Shown here piece after piece: positions 28,597-32,000 of a DNA stretch of 32,000 bases. The notes under the pieces are model-generated. The model saw only the letters and a list, made by a program, of their open reading frames with translations, searched no databases and was not told the origin of the DNA. The number at the start of each line of letters is the position of its first letter. Within the stretch, counting starts at the first letter, position 1. The stretch lies in the sequence record CM120771.1, one strand, 5' to 3'. The translations under genes were made by a program, and so were the position numbers.

Positions 28597-29556
28597 ATGA
28601 GTTTATTAATTATTGGTGGAACTGGTACGTTAGGGCGGCAAATTGTTTTACAAGCCCTAACCAAAGGTTATAAAGTTCGTTGTTTAGTTCGTAATTTTAG
28701 AAAGGCTAGCTTTTTAAAAGAATGGGGTGTTGAATTAGTTTATGGGGATTTAACACGCCCAGAAACTATTCCACCTTGCTTAAAAGGTATTACTGCTATT
28801 ATTGATGCTTCAACTAGTCGACCTGATGAATTAGATGCTTTAAAAAAAGTTGATTGGGATGGTAAATTATATTTAATTGAAGCGGCAAAAGCGGCTAAAA
28901 TTAAGCGTTTTATTTTCTTCTCAGCTCAAAATGCGGAACAGTTTACTAATATTCCGTTAATGAAGCTTAAAAGTGGCATCGAAACAAAATTAAAACAATC
29001 CGAAATTCCTTTTACAATTTTTCGCTTAACAGGTTTCTATCAAGGATTAATTGAGCAATATGCAATTCCAATTTTAGAGAATTTACCAATTTGGGTTACA
29101 AATGAGAACACATATATTTCTTATATGGATACACAGGATATTGCTAAATTTTGCTTGCGTTCATTACAAATCCCGAAAACTATCAATCAAACGTTTTTCT
29201 TAAGTGGTTCAAAAGGTTGGGTTTCTTCTGATATTATCAATTTATGTGAACAGTTAGCGGGGCAACAAGCAAAAGTTCAAAAAATTCCATTATTCCTCTT
29301 AAAATTTGTTAGTAATTTCTTTGGATTTTTCGAATGGGGTCAAAATATCAGTGATCGGTTAGCCTTTGTTGAAATTTTAAATATTGAAAACAATTTTTCA
29401 AAATCAACTTTTGAACTATATAAACTATTTAAAATTGATCCTTCGGAAATTATACAACTAGATGATTATTTTCTAGAATATTTTATCCGATTATTAAAGC
29501 GTTTACGGGATATTAATTTTGAAGATGTTCAAAAACAGAAAAATTTAATTATTTAG
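28597..29556 (+). CDS. ycf39: Ycf39, atypical short-chain dehydrogenase/NmrA-like protein
   Basis: The 319-aa ORF has an N-terminal Rossmann motif LIIGGTGTLGRQIV and a ycf39-like continuation (VRCLVRNFRKASFLKEWGVELVYGDL). Confidence 0.9.
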   Translation: MSLLIIGGTGTLGRQIVLQALTKGYKVRCLVRNFRKASFLKEWGVELVYGDLTRPETIPPCLKGITAIIDASTSRPDELDALKKVDWDGKLYLIEAAKAAKIKRFIFFSAQNAEQFTNIPLMKLKSGIETKLKQSEIPFTIFRLTGFYQGLIEQYAIPILENLPIWVTNENTYISYMDTQDIAKFCLRSLQIPKTINQTFFLSGSKGWVSSDIINLCEQLAGQQAKVQKIPLFLLKFVSNFFGFFEWGQNISDRLAFVEILNIENNFSKSTFELYKLFKIDPSEIIQLDDYFLEYFIRLLKRLRDINFEDVQKQKNLII

Positions 29557-29563
29557 AAAATCA

Positions 29564-29902
29564 ATGGGGGATATGAATTACATTGGGGCAATAGTAAAAA
29601 TACTAGAAACCCCTAAAGTAAAATTTGTAAATTCTAATACACTTGTTATTCTATGTAGAGTTCAATTATCTCAAGTTCGGAAAATTCGAACTGTAAGATT
29701 AGTTATTTGGGGAAACTTAGCTCGTTCAGTTCTTAATTATTATAAAATTAATGACTATATATTAATTGAAGGTCATATTTCACTTCAATTTCGAAGGTCA
29801 GCTAATGAGAATAAAAAGCCAGTAAAAAAAATTATAATTACAGCATTAAAAATTTATCCTTTTTTATTAGACTATAATGGTTCCATTAATAAACTTTCCT
29901 AG
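29564..29902 (+). CDS. ycf41: SSB-like OB-fold protein (ycf41-like)
   Basis: The 112-aa ORF matches SSB-domain landmarks: N.IGAIVKILETP..., V.LVIWGNLA and Y.KINDYILIEG.I. The ycf41 assignment is from memory. Confidence 0.6.
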   Translation: MGDMNYIGAIVKILETPKVKFVNSNTLVILCRVQLSQVRKIRTVRLVIWGNLARSVLNYYKINDYILIEGHISLQFRRSANENKKPVKKIIITALKIYPFLLDYNGSINKLS

Positions 29903-29986
29903 ATAATTTTTATTAATAAAATAATTCAGAATCATTTTATTTTAGTATAATTAATATTATTAAAAATAATTTTCAAGAAAAATTAA

Positions 29987-30103
29987 ATGTTAACTTTAAA
30001 AATTTTAGTTTACACAACGGTTATCTTTTTTGTTTCTTTATTTATTTTTGGACTTCTTTCAAGTGATCCTTCACGTAATCCAAATCGTAAAGACTTCGAA
30101 TAA
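29987..30103 (+). CDS. psbI: photosystem II protein I
   Basis: Hand translation gives [38 protein letters not shown] (38 aa). Confidence 0.93.
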   Translation: MLTLKILVYTTVIFFVSLFIFGLLSSDPSRNPNRKDFE

Positions 30104-30117
30104 TTTATAATTTTATT

Positions 30118-30148
30118 AGTTTTTAGAAAATTATAATTTCTAAAAACT
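30118..30148 (+). terminator. 12-bp stem-loop downstream of psbI
   Basis: agtttttagaaa (30118-30129) pairs perfectly with tttctaaaaact (30137-30148). Confidence 0.55.
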
Positions 30149-30214
30149 TAATCTATTTACTGTATTTTAATTAAAATTTTTTACCAAATTACTAATTTTA
30201 AATTTTAATTTACA

Positions 30215-30772
30215 ATGAAACGTTTCAATTTAATAGCTTTACTTTTTTTAACTTTCCTAACATTTACACCAAATCAAGCATTTGCAGATATTGGTGGCTT
30301 AACAAAATGTAGTGAGTCACCAGCTTTTACTAAGCGATTAAATGCCAGTGTAAAAAAACTTGAACAGAGAATGAGTCAATATGAAGCTGACTCACCTCCT
30401 GCTTTAGCTTTGCAACAGCAAATTAATAGAACAAAAGCAAGATTTGATAAATATGGTCGTTCAGAACTATTATGTGGAACAGATGGTTTACCACATTTAA
30501 TTGCAGATGGACGTTGGAGTCATGCTGCGGAGTTCATTTTACCAGGGTTTGGCTTCATCTATATTTCTGGTTGGATAGGCTGGGTTGGGCGAAAATATCT
30601 TCGTGCAGTAAGTACAACTAAAAATCCAGCTGAAAGTGAAATTATTATTAATGTACCATTAGCATTAAAAATTATGACAACTGGTTATATATGGCCAATT
30701 TCAGCATGGCAAGAATTGATTAGTGGAGATTTAATTGCTCCGAAAGATAAAATTACAGTTTCACCACGTTAA
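30215..30772 (+). CDS. psaF: photosystem I subunit III precursor
   Basis: The 185-aa ORF has a signal peptide followed by DIGGLTKCSESPAFTKRL...LLCGTDGLPHLI...GWIGWVGR, the canonical PsaF sequence. Confidence 0.97.
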   Translation: MKRFNLIALLFLTFLTFTPNQAFADIGGLTKCSESPAFTKRLNASVKKLEQRMSQYEADSPPALALQQQINRTKARFDKYGRSELLCGTDGLPHLIADGRWSHAAEFILPGFGFIYISGWIGWVGRKYLRAVSTTKNPAESEIIINVPLALKIMTTGYIWPISAWQELISGDLIAPKDKITVSPR

Positions 30773-30822
30773 GATCTAAACTTTTTAATTAATAATCTAT
30801 TAACTGTTTTAATTAACCTTTT

Positions 30823-30948
30823 ATGGAAAATCTTCAAAAATATTTATCAACAGCACCAGTTTTGTTAACATTGTTATTAACTTTTACGGCTGGTATGATC
30901 ATTGAAATTAATCGTTTCTTCCCAGATATGTTAGGATTATATTTTTAA
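30823..30948 (+). CDS. psaJ: photosystem I subunit IX
   Basis: Hand translation gives [41 protein letters not shown] (41 aa). Confidence 0.92.
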   Translation: MENLQKYLSTAPVLLTLLLTFTAGMIIEINRFFPDMLGLYF

Positions 30949-30950
30949 AA

Positions 30951-31007
30951 ATAATTAACAAATAAGATATTAAATATTTAAGTTTTAATATCTTATCTGT
31001 TAATTAT
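30951..31007 (+). terminator. 24-bp stem-loop (one A-C mismatch) directly after psaJ
   Basis: ataattaacaaataagatattaaa (30951-30974) pairs with tttaatatcttatctgttaattat (30984-31007). Confidence 0.65.
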
Positions 31008-31259
31008 GACTTTTCTATTTTTTTTTTTTATTTGTTTTTTTCATATAAATAGATAGTGATAGTATTTTGTCATAAGCTCGACAGCAAAAAATTTGAACTA
31101 TAATAGAAATTAATTTAATTCTATTGAAGTTTGAAAATAATTCTTTAAAGTTATTTTGAAAACTGTATAATAATAAATTGAAAACTCATAATTAACAGAT
31201 AGAACGAATTCTATTTTTTATTATTGTATGAGAGTTTCATAAATTTTCGTCTCCCAACT

Positions 31260-31265
31260 AAGGAG
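31260..31265 (+). promoter_or_regulatory. Shine-Dalgarno-like AAGGAG 7 nt upstream of psaA ATG
   Basis: aaggag lies at 31260-31265 and the ATG at 31273. Confidence 0.5.
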
Positions 31266-31272
31266 AAAATTA

Positions 31273-32000
31273 ATGGCAATAAGCTCAACTGAACGTCGCT
31301 CAAAAAATGTGCAAATTTTTGTTGAAAAAGACGCAGTCGAAACTAGTTTTGCGAAATGGGCACAACCCGGTCACTTCTCTAGAACTTTAGCTAAAGGTCC
31401 CAAAACAACAACTTGGATTTGGAACTTACATGCTGATGCTCATGACTTTGACAGTCAGACGAGTTCGTTAGAAGAAGTTTCTCGTAAAATTTTCAGTGCT
31501 CATTTTGGTCAATTAGCAGTGATATTTCTATGGATTAGTGGTATGCATTTCCATGGTGCATATTTTTCTAATTACTCAGCTTGGTTAACTGATCCAGTTA
31601 ACATTAAACAAAGTTCTCAAGTTGTTTGGCCAATTGTAGGTCAAGAAATTTTAAATGGGGATGTGGGTGGTAATTTCCAAGGTGTACAAACAACATCTGG
31701 TTGGTTCCAAATGTGGCGCGCAGAAGGTATTACTAGTGAAGTGGAATTATATTGGACTGCAATCGGTGGCTTAGCAATGTCAGCTATTATGTTATTTGCA
31801 GGCTGGTTCCACTATCATAAAGCTGCACCAAAATTAGAATGGTTCCAGAATGCCGAATCAATGATGAATCACCATTTAGCTGGTTTATTAGGATTAGGTT
31901 GTTTAGCATGGTCAGGTCACCAAATTCATGTTGCTTTACCCATTAATAAATTATTAGATGCTGGTGTGGCACCTCAAGAAATCCCATTACCATATGAGTT
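31273..32000 (+). CDS. psaA: photosystem I P700 apoprotein A1, N-terminal ~242 codons (runs off the right edge)
   Basis: Hand translation gives [96 protein letters not shown]..., the canonical PsaA sequence. Confidence 0.97.
   Translation, partial: MAISSTERRSKNVQIFVEKDAVETSFAKWAQPGHFSRTLAKGPKTTTWIWNLHADAHDFDSQTSSLEEVSRKIFSAHFGQLAVIFLWISGMHFHGAYFSNYSAWLTDPVNIKQSSQVVWPIVGQEILNGDVGGNFQGVQTTSGWFQMWRAEGITSEVELYWTAIGGLAMSAIMLFAGWFHYHKAAPKLEWFQNAESMMNHHLAGLLGLGCLAWSGHQIHVALPINKLLDAGVAPQEIPLPYE

Overview
This AT-rich, gene-dense window reads as a contiguous piece of a red-lineage (rhodophyte-derived) plastid genome. psbV, petF, dnaB, cbbX, ycf39, ycf41, ycf66, ycf33, secG, tatC, chlI and ssrA are all organelle-encoded, and the gene content and order most resemble a diatom/ochrophyte chloroplast. 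That taxon call rests on recollection, not a search. I can support 49 protein genes, 17 of them short or edge-truncated and absent from the ORF track, so translated by hand. I also find 16 tRNAs, one tmRNA (ssrA) and a set of perfect inverted-repeat stem-loops at gene 3' ends. The only mobile element is a ~2.25 kb group II intron splitting petB, which carries an RT/maturase ORF whose catalytic motif reads YAND rather than YADD. I see no rRNA, CRISPR array, transposase/IS, prophage or recognisable defence system, and I found no undescribed multi-gene system. The points worth a second look are: (1) the petB intron, its apparently decayed RT and its atypical 3' end; (2) a 927-nt ORF-free spacer between trnfM and atpB with coding-like composition and an internal degenerate repeat, possibly a gene relic; (3) a CAU-anticodon tRNA with a 16-nt class-II-like variable arm; (4) a tmRNA with a long predicted tag; (5) an uncharacterised 413-aa membrane ORF. 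All identifications come from reading the sequence and recalling conserved families. No database search was run.
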